Shown in pieces: positions 9,783 through 19,747 of a DNA stretch of 50,118 bases (position 1 is the stretch's first letter; the number at the start of each line of letters is the position of its first letter). The translations under genes and the position numbers were made by a program. Under the pieces are notes generated by a model. The model ran no database searches. It saw only the letters and a program-made list of their open reading frames with translations, and was not told the DNA's origin. This stretch comes from Deltaproteobacteria bacterium (GTDB lineage Bacteria; Desulfobacterota; Desulfobacteria; Desulfobacterales; UBA11574), in contig JAFDHQ010000003.1 in NCBI GenBank assembly GCA_019308685.1, positions 1-50,118 on the forward strand. Direction: 5' to 3'.

Positions 9783-10343
9783 TCAATGAGGAGACTGCTG
9801 GAGGGATTTTCTAAGATACCATTGGAAAAGCTCAAAACAGGTGGGGCAAAAGTCAGTTTGTTTTAAGTCCGTATCCTCAATCCGAACCGAGGAATACATC
9901 ACACAACGCCGATCCCTGCAATGGGTCAAACCGAATGTGTGCCCCAGTTCGTGCACGGCCGTCTTTTCCACCCGTGCCAATAAAAGATCCGGATTGGAGG
10001 GCTGGTCATAAAACCGGGGATAAAGCCGGTGTAGGGATATTATTGAACATTTGCCCTGGATCTGTGCTAATCCGAAGACAAACCTAAGAATGGGCACATA
10101 CAAATCCACGGAAGTCACTCCGATCACCCGAAAGGTGTCCTGGAGACTTCGTTGAAGGAGGTGCTTTAATATCAGCTTTGAATTATACTGGCAACGGGTA
10201 TCATTATAGGCGTACCGAGGATTTTCCATATTCATTGAGATTCTGCAGTTTAGGCCACATCGATTTGAAATACATTTCGCGATGTGCTCGAGAATCTCTG
10301 GGTCCACCGAGCCTATGGGACAGATCGTAACGCAGCTTGACAA
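9783..10343 (-). CDS. Archaemetzincin (peptidase M54 family Zn metalloprotease)
   Basis: HELGHTFGLTH-C-RDRR-C-VM...FCPTC, i.e. HExxHxxGxxH plus a Cys4 Zn site; DLY...FVFGLA. TTG start uncertain. Confidence 0.9.
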   Translation of the reverse strand: MSSCVTICPIGSVDPEILEHIAKCISNRCGLNCRISMNMENPRYAYNDTRCQYNSKLILKHLLQRSLQDTFRVIGVTSVDLYVPILRFVFGLAQIQGKCSIISLHRLYPRFYDQPSNPDLLLARVEKTAVHELGHTFGLTHCRDRRCVMYSSVRIEDTDLKQTDFCPTCFELFQWYLRKSLQQSPH

Positions 10344-10349
10344 ATCGAT

Positions 10350-11702
10350 TTATGATTCCTTTTCAATCTTATATTTTGCAATTTTATTATAGAGCGTCTG
10401 GCGGTCAATTTCCAAAAGTCGCGCTGTTTTGCTGATGTTCCAATCTGTTTCTTCCAGAATTCTCTTGATATGCAATTCTTCCATCAACTTCAAGGAATCG
10501 GGCATTGTTTCAGGCTCTAATTGCTTGCGTGAAAACGGAAGGTCCTCTATCACGATTTTTTTGCCCCGCCCGATAACCAGCGCCCTTTCGATGACATTTT
10601 CCAGTTCTCTCACATTTCCGGGCCAGTTGTAATCCATCAGCAATTTCAAGGCCGAAGAGGAGATTTTTACCAACTCTTTATTCATTTTTAGACAATACCT
10701 GCGTATAAATGCTTTCACCAGCAGCGGGATATCATCCTTTCGCTCCCTCAACGGCGGTACAGGAATAGAAATGACGTTCAATCGGTAAAAAAGATCTTCA
10801 CGAAATTTATTTTCAGAAATTGCCTTTTTTAAATCTTGATGGGTCGCAGCTAAAATACGCACGTCTACTTTAATTTCTTCCTGACCCCCGAGACGTCTGA
10901 ACTCTTTTCGCTGCAAAACCCTTAAAAGATCCACCTGGGTTTTTAAACTGATATCACCGATTTCATCTAAAAAAAGAGTTCCTTTATCGGCCATTTCAAA
11001 GCGACCCTTTTTGGTATGCTCTGCACCGGTGAAGGCGCCCTTTTCGTAGCCGAATAGTTCACTCTCCAACAAGGTATCGGGCAACGCCCCGCAACTTACG
11101 GCAATAAACGGCATGTAACAGCGCTGACTGTTTCCGTGAATTGCCTGTGCGATCAGTTCCTTACCGGTGCCGCTTTCACCGGTTATCAGTACGGTGGAGT
11201 CGGTGGGCGCCACCTGCGAAATTAAATCGTAAATTTCTTGCATGGCGTCACTTTTACCTATGATTTCATCATATTCTGATTTTTCCTCCAGCTTTTGACG
11301 CAGTAAAATATTCTCTAAAACCAGCTCTCGATGGGCGACAATCTTCTTGATTTGCATTTCGATCTCGTCAGGGGCGAACGGTTTGACCAAATAATCAAAA
11401 GCGCCTTCCTTCATAGCCTGAACGGCGGTATCTACCGTAGCATAGGCGGTCATCATGAGTATCTCAGCATCTGTGTCCACGGGTTTACCTTTAAGTTGCT
11501 TCAATGTTTCCAATCCGTCCATACCCGGCATTTTCAGATCCAGCAAAATCACATCCCAGCTTTTTTCCATGGCAATGGCAATGGCATCTTTGCCGCTTTG
11601 GGCCAGGCCTACCTCATAACCATCCTCTTTAAGCCAGTCATAAAGCGCTTCTCGCATGGGTGCTTCATCATCAACCACAAGAATACGAGCCTTTTTGGTC
11701 AT
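10350..11702 (-). CDS. sigma54-dependent response regulator (AtoC/ZraR-like)
   Basis: LVVDDE..LDLKMP..MTAY..KPF; GESGTGKE, GAFTGA, WPGNVREL; Fis HTH. Confidence 0.95.
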   Translation of the reverse strand: MTKKARILVVDDEAPMREALYDWLKEDGYEVGLAQSGKDAIAIAMEKSWDVILLDLKMPGMDGLETLKQLKGKPVDTDAEILMMTAYATVDTAVQAMKEGAFDYLVKPFAPDEIEMQIKKIVAHRELVLENILLRQKLEEKSEYDEIIGKSDAMQEIYDLISQVAPTDSTVLITGESGTGKELIAQAIHGNSQRCYMPFIAVSCGALPDTLLESELFGYEKGAFTGAEHTKKGRFEMADKGTLFLDEIGDISLKTQVDLLRVLQRKEFRRLGGQEEIKVDVRILAATHQDLKKAISENKFREDLFYRLNVISIPVPPLRERKDDIPLLVKAFIRRYCLKMNKELVKISSSALKLLMDYNWPGNVRELENVIERALVIGRGKKIVIEDLPFSRKQLEPETMPDSLKLMEELHIKRILEETDWNISKTARLLEIDRQTLYNKIAKYKIEKES

Positions 11703-11746
11703 TGTCGATTCCTTCCATGTATAATAGTAAAAATCCTGGCACAGAC

Positions 11747-11815
11747 CAGGCTTTGGTTATCCCCAGAGCGGATTTGTTTTGTTTGAAGTTCATTGAATTA
11801 TTGAAATTACAAATA
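11747..11815. repeat. ~70 bp intergenic repeat, copy 2
   Basis: Direct repeat of 8341-8409. Confidence 0.75.
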
Positions 11816-11857
11816 TCTGATTTCTGTATCGTATAACTATTGCTTTTGCATTTGGCT

Positions 11858-13933
11858 TCACAAAGGGGCTAACGGCAGGCTCATCTTGAAAGTACTTCCT
11901 TTGCCGGGCTTGCTTTCCACTTCTATGGTGCCATTATGCCGAGTAATAATGCCATATACCACCGACAAACCAAGGCCCACACCTTTTCCCTCTTCTTTGG
12001 TTGTAAAAAAAGGATCAAAAATTTTTTCCTTGTCTTCCTCGGTAATGCCGCAACCCGTATCGGAAACCATAACGTCTAAAAATCTATCATTCCCTGCTTT
12101 TCTGTTGGCCGTTACCGTCAGGGTGCCGCCATCAAGCATAGCGTCTGAAGCATTGTACATGAGATTTAATAGGGCCTGTTGAATCTGCTGAAAATCGCAT
12201 TGAACGTTGGGCAGATTCGGCGCAATGTTTTTTCTATGCTGAATATCTTTAATTTCCAAATCATGGGCAATAAGAACAAGAGTCCTATCAATAATGTCTG
12301 TAATGCGGGTGCTTTTAATTTTGATTTCAGACTGGCGGGAAAAGGCCAAAAGGTTTTTCACGATTTCGCCGCACCTGGCAGTTTCCGATTCCATGGTGAG
12401 CAAATATCGGGAAATGTCCTCAAGTCTTTCGGGAGAAAATTTATTCCGATCTTTAAGTTTAATCATTAAACGGATATAAGTAAGAACTGCCGCCAAAGGA
12501 TTGTTTATCTCATGAGCAATAGTAGCGGCCAATTTGCCCAAAGAGGCCAGTTTTTCTGTCTGTACAATCTGTTCTTGGGCATCTTTGAGATCCTCATAGG
12601 CCCTCTTTATATTTTCATATAAATTTGCATTGTCCACGGCAACGCCGATCTGGTTGCCGATAGCGGTCAAGAATTCAATATGCTCGGTTGTAAGCTCAAC
12701 CGGGTAATGGCTGCTGACGCACATGACCCCCATCATCTTCCCTTTGTTTGACAGCGGTATATAAGCGGTTGTATGCAGGCCCTCTTCGATCATGAAATCG
12801 ACATAGGGATCTTGGGATCGCAAATAGTTGTCCACCAATCTTGTTTCACCGTCAAGTAGGGTCTGACCCAAAAGTCCATCCCCGGGTTTACGATTTTTCA
12901 TAAAGGGTTTGGCTATTAATTGAGGTGAAAGCCCTTTATGCGCCACCAGTTTGAGGATCTTTTGTTTATCGTCTATCAAATAAATCCTGACACTGTCAGA
13001 CTCCAGCACCTCGAGAGTTTTTTCGATAGTGCTACTGATTATCTCATCGAGATTCAAACTGCTGCTAACGGTTTTAGAGATGGAATTTAAAATATCCAGC
13101 CGGATATTCCGCTTCTCGATTTGCTGTTGTGACATTTTTCTCTTGGTAATGTCTCTGATAATCAGCACATAGCCGGTAATCTTACCGGTTACATCCACCG
13201 TTACATTCGATGTAATCAACGCATAAAATTCTGAATCATTTTTACCCTTAAGACGGGTTTCAAACTCCACCACGAAACCCTCCTGGGCGACTCTTTTCTG
13301 GAGCTCAATGAAATCCTGTTTCTCTACAAAGAGGTTGGCAGTAGATTCTCGTGCCAAAACATCTTTTTGGGTCTTATATCCCAATATTTGAACCCCTGCC
13401 TGGTTAACCTCAACGATCCTTCCATGGGAGTTGGTGAGAATGATCGCATCACGGGAGCGTTCAAATATGGTTCGATATTTCTCTTCGGATTTTTGCAACT
13501 CTTCCAGACGATTGGCCAGCATCTCTTCCAGGTTGTCTACCAAATTGTCAATATTTTCCTGAATGTGCTGCCTTTTCGTAATGTCCGTCGCTCTTTCCAG
13601 GACATAAACGATCTCGCCCCGTTCGTTCTTGACCGGAATCGTTCTAACCAGCATATTGGCAACTCTGCCGCCCTTCATTATTACATTTTCTACATTCCAG
13701 TGTCCCCGGCCATCCCGATAGGTCTTTTCCACCAGACATTCTTCACATTTTTCCTCTCTGTTTTTCCATACCCTGTAACAGAACTCATTGGATTGCATAC
13801 CGAATTCATTTTTAAAAAGCTCGTTGGCCATTATGATCTGATAATTGCGGTTGATAGCGACGACATAATCCGTAGCGCTATCAATAAGTGTTCTATAATA
13901 TTTATGTTCTTGTAAAAACTCTTCAGTTTTCAT
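11858..13933 (-). CDS. Soluble PAS-PAS-GAF sensor histidine kinase
   Basis: H-box AHEINNPL, N-box NLMYNASDA, DTGCGI, FFTTK, GVGLGL. No evident TM helix. First PAS has C-x10-C-x2-C. Confidence 0.95.
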   Translation of the reverse strand: MKTEEFLQEHKYYRTLIDSATDYVVAINRNYQIIMANELFKNEFGMQSNEFCYRVWKNREEKCEECLVEKTYRDGRGHWNVENVIMKGGRVANMLVRTIPVKNERGEIVYVLERATDITKRQHIQENIDNLVDNLEEMLANRLEELQKSEEKYRTIFERSRDAIILTNSHGRIVEVNQAGVQILGYKTQKDVLARESTANLFVEKQDFIELQKRVAQEGFVVEFETRLKGKNDSEFYALITSNVTVDVTGKITGYVLIIRDITKRKMSQQQIEKRNIRLDILNSISKTVSSSLNLDEIISSTIEKTLEVLESDSVRIYLIDDKQKILKLVAHKGLSPQLIAKPFMKNRKPGDGLLGQTLLDGETRLVDNYLRSQDPYVDFMIEEGLHTTAYIPLSNKGKMMGVMCVSSHYPVELTTEHIEFLTAIGNQIGVAVDNANLYENIKRAYEDLKDAQEQIVQTEKLASLGKLAATIAHEINNPLAAVLTYIRLMIKLKDRNKFSPERLEDISRYLLTMESETARCGEIVKNLLAFSRQSEIKIKSTRITDIIDRTLVLIAHDLEIKDIQHRKNIAPNLPNVQCDFQQIQQALLNLMYNASDAMLDGGTLTVTANRKAGNDRFLDVMVSDTGCGITEEDKEKIFDPFFTTKEEGKGVGLGLSVVYGIITRHNGTIEVESKPGKGSTFKMSLPLAPL

Positions 13934-13960
13934 AAGGCATTGGTACGATAGGCCTTTATA

Positions 13961-14107
13961 AATGAGTCTGTTGATTAATGGTCTTTTCGCACAATCTCCG
14001 CGTTATGCTCAAAAAATAATCCTCGGAATATCAAATATATGCCTGTGGTTATTTTTTTCGCATGCCTTGATCTTGAACGAAAATCCTCATTAATCAACAG
14101 ACTCATA
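13961..14107. repeat. ERIC-like/MITE repeat, subfamily B (reverse orientation)
   Basis: Perfect 19-bp inverted repeat ATGAGTCTGTTGATTAATG / CATTAATCAACAGACTCAT. Core AATCCTCGGAATAT-CAAA-TATATGCCTGTGGTT. Confidence 0.8.
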
Positions 14108-14335
14108 AATGTTAAATCGACAACTTTTTGTCGATTCTGCATAGTTTACTGTATTGGAATTCAAAGTTTAATGAAAAAATATTCAGGAACCAAAAAAACC
14201 TATAAAATTTGTAGATAACGATTTTTTTTTGAAATTTAATGATTTATTTTAAAAATACAGCATTCCAAAAGCATTTTCAAACCAATTCATGAATATCAAG
14301 CGGAATGAACGAAGCGAACTCGCTGATTATCCGGC

Positions 14336-17300
14336 CTATATCGGAAAAAGGAAAGATGAATCGGTCGGTTCCAGCAGGGCATCGATTTTAGCAAGAATCT
14401 GATCGTCGGTGCAGTGCTTTAATGTAATTGCCTTTGAAGGACATTCTGAAACACAAATGCCGCATCCGGCGCATGACGACGGAGGGATCTGGGATACACC
14501 GTCTTCATTTAGAAAAGGCGCACCATAAGGACATACGCGAACGCAGAGCAAACATGCGGAACATTTTTCAGGATCTACTTCGGCTTTTGCCGCGGAAATG
14601 GTCATTTCCTTTTTGCACAGAATCTTCATGGCCTGCTGCCCGGCGCTTTTGGCCATGGTTACGGACTCCTCAATAAACCTGGGGCTATGGGCTAATCCTG
14701 CCAGAAAAACTCCGGAAGTGGTAAATTCCACCGGCCTCAATTTTACATGGGCTTCCAGGAAAAAGCCTTCATTAACCATAGAAAGTTTAAGGAGCCGGGC
14801 GATCTGCTTGACGCCCTCGTTGGGTCGAATACCGGAGCTTAACACCACAAGGTCAGGCTCAACTCGAAAATTTCGATTCAAGCTTCTATCCGTAAAATCG
14901 ACGGTCAGATTTCCGTTATCATCATATACTTTTGGTTTTTCTTCGGGAATATACCGGAAAAAGAGGACGCCTTTTTGCCTGGCTTTTAAATAATAAAGTT
15001 CTTTGAATCCAAAAGTTCTCACATCTCGATACAAAATAATGATCTTGGCGCCGGGGTTAATCTCTTTCAATTGGATACTGTTTTTCACGGCCGCAGCACA
15101 GCATACTCTGCTGCAAAAAGGAAAATCAGGTCCCCGTGATCCAACGCACTGGATCATCACAATTCTGTTGAGTCGACTTGCCCAAGATGAATCCTCCACA
15201 AGCCGTTTTGAAAACTCCACCTGAGTAAGGACACGTTTGTTTTTTCCGTAAAGATATTCCGTAGGCTCATACGGCCGGCCCCCGGTTGCAACAATTACAG
15301 CCCCATACCGAATTGGTACGGGGCCATTTTCATTTTGAACCGTTCCATAAAATGCTCCCACATGTCCGTTATGAGAAATCAGTCTGCTTCTTAAATAAAC
15401 CGTAATGTTCGGATGATGGGTAATTCTTTCAATCAGATAACGGATCAGCTTAGGAGGGGAATTACCTTCCAGTGTAAATTTCAGATTTCTTGCAAAACCA
15501 CCCAACCGGTCGGTTTTTTCCACAAGATGAACATGAAATCCCTGATCCGCAACGGTCAGAGCAGCCGTCATCCCGGCCACACCTCCGCCGATAACCAATC
15601 CATGATTATCGGTCCGGTATGAACTGTCATACAAAGGTTCCAATTGTACGGCGCGGGCCACACTCGCTCGAATAAGCGCCTTTGACTTTTTGGTGGCTTT
15701 TTCAGGATCGTTCCCATGAACCCAGGCACATTGATCTCTGATACTTGCCATATCGAACAAATAAGGGTTTAAACCCGCCTTGCGCAACGTATCCTGAAAC
15801 AAAGGTTCATGGGTTTTTGGCGAACATGCAGCCACTACAATGCGGTTCAGGCGATGCTCTTTAATCAGTTGGATAATGGTTTGCTGAGTTTCGGTGGAAC
15901 AGGTGAACAAAAAATCGGTGGCAAAAGTCACCTGGGGCAAATTTTTTACGTAATCAAGGACGTTTTGTATATTCACGACACCGGCAATATTGGTTCCGCA
16001 ATGGCAAATCAGCACGCCAACGCGCGGTGTGATATCCATGGGCGCTTCATCCGGAACTTTTTCACATACAATTTCAGAATTTCTCGCAACATTAATTAAT
16101 ATGGAAGCCTCGGCCGCAGCCGCACCTGCCTGTATAACGGTTTCGGGAATATCTTTTGGTGATTCAATTCCGCCGCACACAAAGACTCCGGGTTTGGAAG
16201 TGGATACCGGTTCATCAAATTCGGTACTTAAAAATCCATATGGATTTGTAACGAGCCCTAGCTGTTTTGCAAGGTCGATAAAATCATCCGACGGTTTAAA
16301 ACCGGTGGAAAGAACGACCAGATCATACGCTTCTTCCTTTTTACGATTTAAACGATGATCAAATGTTTCAATGATCAAATTGTCATTTTCTGGGTTCAGG
16401 TAAACCACCGAAATCATGGATCGTTTGGTCCTCACGCCGTGCCGTTTACGGGCACGATCGATATATTGGTCAAAGCCTTTACCGTGGGCCCGAATATCCA
16501 TATAATAAATGGTTGTTTGGGTGTCAGGTTCATGGCTGCGGGTTAATACCGCCTGTTTTGCAGCGTACATGCAGCAGACCGAAGAACAAAAGGGTCTGTT
16601 TCGGGCAAGATCCCGCGACATGACACATTGAATCCAGGCCACCTTGCGTGGGATTTTACCATCCGACGGCCGCCGGATGTGTCCGCCATAGGGACCTGTG
16701 ACCGATAACATTCGTTCATACTGAAGGGAGGTGACAACGTTTTTATATCTTCCATAACCGTACTCTCCCTCCATTTCCGTTAACGCCGGTTCAAAACCGG
16801 TTGAGAGGATAACCGCACCGGCTTCAATTTGTAAAATCTCGGGTTTTTGATCGTATTCAACGGCTTCAGCCGGACAGATCTTTTTGCAGATGCCGCATTT
16901 TCCTTTGGTAAAGTAGAGGCAATTCTTGGCATCTATTGCATATTTTAAAGGGACTGCCTGGGGAAATGTCAGAAAAGCCGCCTTTCGTGTTCCCAGCTCC
17001 CCGTTAAAGGGATCCGGCACTTTTATGGGGCATTTTTCAGCACATTCTCCGCATGCGATGCATTTTTCTTCATTGATATATCGGGGCTGTTTTTCAATCC
17101 GTGCGGTAAATCGCCCGGGAGCTCCATTTAATTCCAGCAAGCGGCTTAAGCAAAGAATTTCGATATTGGCATGACTGGCGACATGGACCATTTTAGGAGA
17201 AAACATACAGGTTGAACAATCATTGGTGGGAAAGGTTTTGTCCAGACGCGCCATGGTTCCACCGAGAGTATGCGATTTTTCAACAAGATAGACATAAAAA

Positions 17301-17395
17301 CCCGTATCCGCCAGATCCAGGGCACACTGAATTCCTCCAATGCCTCCGCCAATAACGATAACTTTCCCCACCGGGTCTTTGAGATAAGATTCCAT
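14336..17395 (-). CDS. hdrA: Heterodisulfide reductase subunit A-like, tandem-duplicated (1019 aa)
   Basis: [19 protein letters not shown], inserted ferredoxin, [16 protein letters not shown], second GGGVAG, CSRVCC, C-terminal ferredoxin. Confidence 0.93.
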   Translation of the reverse strand: MESYLKDPVGKVIVIGGGIGGIQCALDLADTGFYVYLVEKSHTLGGTMARLDKTFPTNDCSTCMFSPKMVHVASHANIEILCLSRLLELNGAPGRFTARIEKQPRYINEEKCIACGECAEKCPIKVPDPFNGELGTRKAAFLTFPQAVPLKYAIDAKNCLYFTKGKCGICKKICPAEAVEYDQKPEILQIEAGAVILSTGFEPALTEMEGEYGYGRYKNVVTSLQYERMLSVTGPYGGHIRRPSDGKIPRKVAWIQCVMSRDLARNRPFCSSVCCMYAAKQAVLTRSHEPDTQTTIYYMDIRAHGKGFDQYIDRARKRHGVRTKRSMISVVYLNPENDNLIIETFDHRLNRKKEEAYDLVVLSTGFKPSDDFIDLAKQLGLVTNPYGFLSTEFDEPVSTSKPGVFVCGGIESPKDIPETVIQAGAAAAEASILINVARNSEIVCEKVPDEAPMDITPRVGVLICHCGTNIAGVVNIQNVLDYVKNLPQVTFATDFLFTCSTETQQTIIQLIKEHRLNRIVVAACSPKTHEPLFQDTLRKAGLNPYLFDMASIRDQCAWVHGNDPEKATKKSKALIRASVARAVQLEPLYDSSYRTDNHGLVIGGGVAGMTAALTVADQGFHVHLVEKTDRLGGFARNLKFTLEGNSPPKLIRYLIERITHHPNITVYLRSRLISHNGHVGAFYGTVQNENGPVPIRYGAVIVATGGRPYEPTEYLYGKNKRVLTQVEFSKRLVEDSSWASRLNRIVMIQCVGSRGPDFPFCSRVCCAAAVKNSIQLKEINPGAKIIILYRDVRTFGFKELYYLKARQKGVLFFRYIPEEKPKVYDDNGNLTVDFTDRSLNRNFRVEPDLVVLSSGIRPNEGVKQIARLLKLSMVNEGFFLEAHVKLRPVEFTTSGVFLAGLAHSPRFIEESVTMAKSAGQQAMKILCKKEMTISAAKAEVDPEKCSACLLCVRVCPYGAPFLNEDGVSQIPPSSCAGCGICVSECPSKAITLKHCTDDQILAKIDALLEPTDSSFLFPI

Positions 17396-17400
17396 AATTT

Positions 17401-18234
17401 TTACAGTAAACCCTTTGCTTTTAAAAGCGGCACAGGATCTGCAACATGCATCTTAAACCATTTTGGATTTCCTTTGTAATTAAAACTCAATCGGAGTAAT
17501 TCCGTAATATAAAATATTGGCGTTGGTGGTTCGGATCGATCTTTTTGAACGATATCCAGATTGGACTGGCACAACGGACAGGAGACCACAATGGCTTCGG
17601 CCCCGGCCTGTTGGGTTTTCTGCAAAATCCTTTTTGAAAGAGATTCCACGATTTCCCTGCGACCGATGCCGATGCTTGCACCGCAACATGTGGATTTATA
17701 AGACCAGTCAATGACCCGGGCGCCGGCTGCCGCAGAAATGTGATCCAGGGTTTGGGGGTTTTCATAATCTGCGTAGCCGGTAATTTTCGGAGGACGAACC
17801 ATCTGGCAACCGTAATAACAGACCACTTTCAGGCTGTCTAACGGTTTCAAAACGCATTGTTTTATCAATTTAATAATGGAAGGTTTTGCTAAAAAGCGCG
17901 TCATATCTAGAACCCGGGTATCTCCGGTAACATGCCAGGGGATATGAAAAATTTTTTTCTTTATCATTTTCTGGGAAAACAGGAGACGATTAAAGCACAA
18001 AGAACATGGACAAATAATATCAAGCCCCATTTTGTCGGCAGCGGCCAGATTCCTTGCGGGCAGAATCACGGACATGACCTCACTGAGGCTGTGGGCCGCC
18101 GTTGCCCCGCAACATGACCAATCTTCTATTTCAACCAGATCAATACCCAGCGTCTTAAAAACCGCGTAAATGGACTCGCAATAGTCGTTGGCCATTCCTT
18201 CCAGGGAACAACCCGGATAAAAAGATAATTTCAT
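17401..18234 (-). CDS. hdrB: Heterodisulfide reductase subunit B (CCG domains)
   Basis: YPGCS, WSCCG, CSLC, YYGC, TCCG, CPLC. Confidence 0.92.
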   Translation of the reverse strand: MKLSFYPGCSLEGMANDYCESIYAVFKTLGIDLVEIEDWSCCGATAAHSLSEVMSVILPARNLAAADKMGLDIICPCSLCFNRLLFSQKMIKKKIFHIPWHVTGDTRVLDMTRFLAKPSIIKLIKQCVLKPLDSLKVVCYYGCQMVRPPKITGYADYENPQTLDHISAAAGARVIDWSYKSTCCGASIGIGRREIVESLSKRILQKTQQAGAEAIVVSCPLCQSNLDIVQKDRSEPPTPIFYITELLRLSFNYKGNPKWFKMHVADPVPLLKAKGLL

Positions 18235-18869
18235 TAAGAGATCTCTCCGCGAGTCTGAAAATAAGCTTTTTGAATTTCCTTGACCGCCTTGGACTTAGGC
18301 GCGGATAATTTTAACCTTCCTTTACGCAACAACGTCATGGCCAACTGAAGCTCTTGTTTAAAGGTTCCGTTCTTTATCTTTGCATGCAGAATATCCGGCT
18401 TTGAATAATATGCTCTCATCAATCGAAATTCGTTTACTCTTCCGGACTTGATGAGTTCTTCCAGAAAGGTATGATGAAATACGGCAAGGCTTTTTTCCTT
18501 GGGAGTTATGGATGAACGGGCCGCCATCATGCGCAAATGATTGATAATTTCCGCCACATCCACCTCGTTGGGACAATATGTGGTACACATTTCACAGGAT
18601 AAACACAGCCAGATGGTTGAGGATTTTAATAGTCTTATGCGCCATCCCAACTGAACATAGCGAATGATCTGGTGAGGCTTGATATCCATGAAACCACTGA
18701 TAGGGCAGGCATTGGTACAGCGTTCGCATTGATAGCATGCGGATACATTGACACCGGTTTCTCCTTGAATTCTGTTTAGAAAATAATCTCCCCGGTCCCC
18801 GATGAATTCTCTTTGCTCGCAGGAATCATATTCCGTTGCTGTCTCCGGATCTGAAATGCTATTATGCAT
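18234..18869 (-). CDS. hdrC: Heterodisulfide reductase subunit C
   Basis: CYQCERCTNACP, IWLCLSCEMCTTYCP. ATG 18869 after AAGGA; stop overlaps the hdrB start. Confidence 0.9.
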   Translation of the reverse strand: MHNSISDPETATEYDSCEQREFIGDRGDYFLNRIQGETGVNVSACYQCERCTNACPISGFMDIKPHQIIRYVQLGWRIRLLKSSTIWLCLSCEMCTTYCPNEVDVAEIINHLRMMAARSSITPKEKSLAVFHHTFLEELIKSGRVNEFRLMRAYYSKPDILHAKIKNGTFKQELQLAMTLLRKGRLKLSAPKSKAVKEIQKAYFQTRGEIS

Positions 18870-19053
18870 CTTATTTGTCCTTTTAAAATTGTGGTGAATC
18901 CTTAAAAGGTTGCTTTTCAAGCTAACTATTTAAAATTTTATTGAAAATATATGAGACAAAATGGTATGTGATGTCAATAAAAAATAATAGATAGTTTATC
19001 TCTTTTTAAAAATTGAAACGCTCATCTTAGGTCTTTGATTCAAAGGAAATATC

Positions 19054-19485
19054 ATGAATGAAGTTTTCGAGCCGGTCATTATCGCGTTTTGCTGCAGTTA
19101 CTGAGGATATACGGCTGCGGACCTGGCAGGTTCCATGCGATTGCAATATCCCTCTGATATTAAAGTTATTATCATTCCATGCACCGGAAAGATAGATATT
19201 CTTCATATCCTCCATGCCTTTGAAAAGGGAGCGGACGGCGTCTATGTGGTAGGATGCATGGAAGGAGATTGCCATTATACGAACGGGAACCTCAGAGCAC
19301 GTAGCCGGATAAAACATATCCAGAAAATTCTTGATACCATCGGCATTGGGGGAGAAAGGGCGCAAATGTACAACCTTTCGTCAAACGATGGGCCGCGTTT
19401 TGCCGAAATCGCAGTTGAAATGGATGAAAAAATCCGAAAATTGGGACCCAACCCCATTAAACTGGCCCAAAATACGGCCGCATGA
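19054..19485 (+). CDS. mvhD: MvhD-family selenoprotein (C-C-S-Y-U), 143 aa
   Basis: AAGGA RBS, ATG 19054 MNEVFEPVIIAFCCSY-TGA(19102-19104)-GYTAADLAGS, in frame with ORF 19135-19485 (PCTGK, GCMEGDCHY). Paralogues have CNWC here. Confidence 0.9.
19119..19133 (+). promoter_or_regulatory. SECIS-like hairpin for TGA 19102-19104
   Basis: GGACCU-GGC-AGGUUC starting 15 nt after the UGA. Confidence 0.55.
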
Positions 19486-19747
19486 AAAAAGAACGTCCGT
19501 CATACATTTATTCAACTATTCAACCATCTTCATTATCCCTGCCGGTGAAATGTGTTGATTTTTTCTAAATTTTCTTATATTTTTAAAAGTTATTCTTTAC
19601 ATTCTCAAAAATTATTTTAAATTTCAGTCCAAATCGGATAATTAATCATAAGAATTAACAGGCTATCGGTTTTATAATTGAAAACCTGCCGACTGATTTT
19701 CACGTTTTAATATTTTCTTTTCGAGAGTTTGTAAAAAGGGGGCGGAT

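Noticed and set aside
11737-11752. TGGCACAGACCAGGCT as a sigma54 promoter
   Set aside because: GG-N10-GC fits, but it lacks TTGC, points antisense to the local genes and overlaps a repeat.
14270-14285. TTGGTTTGAAAATGCT as a sigma54 promoter for the kinase
   Set aside because: The GG-GC spacing is 9 nt, not the required 10.
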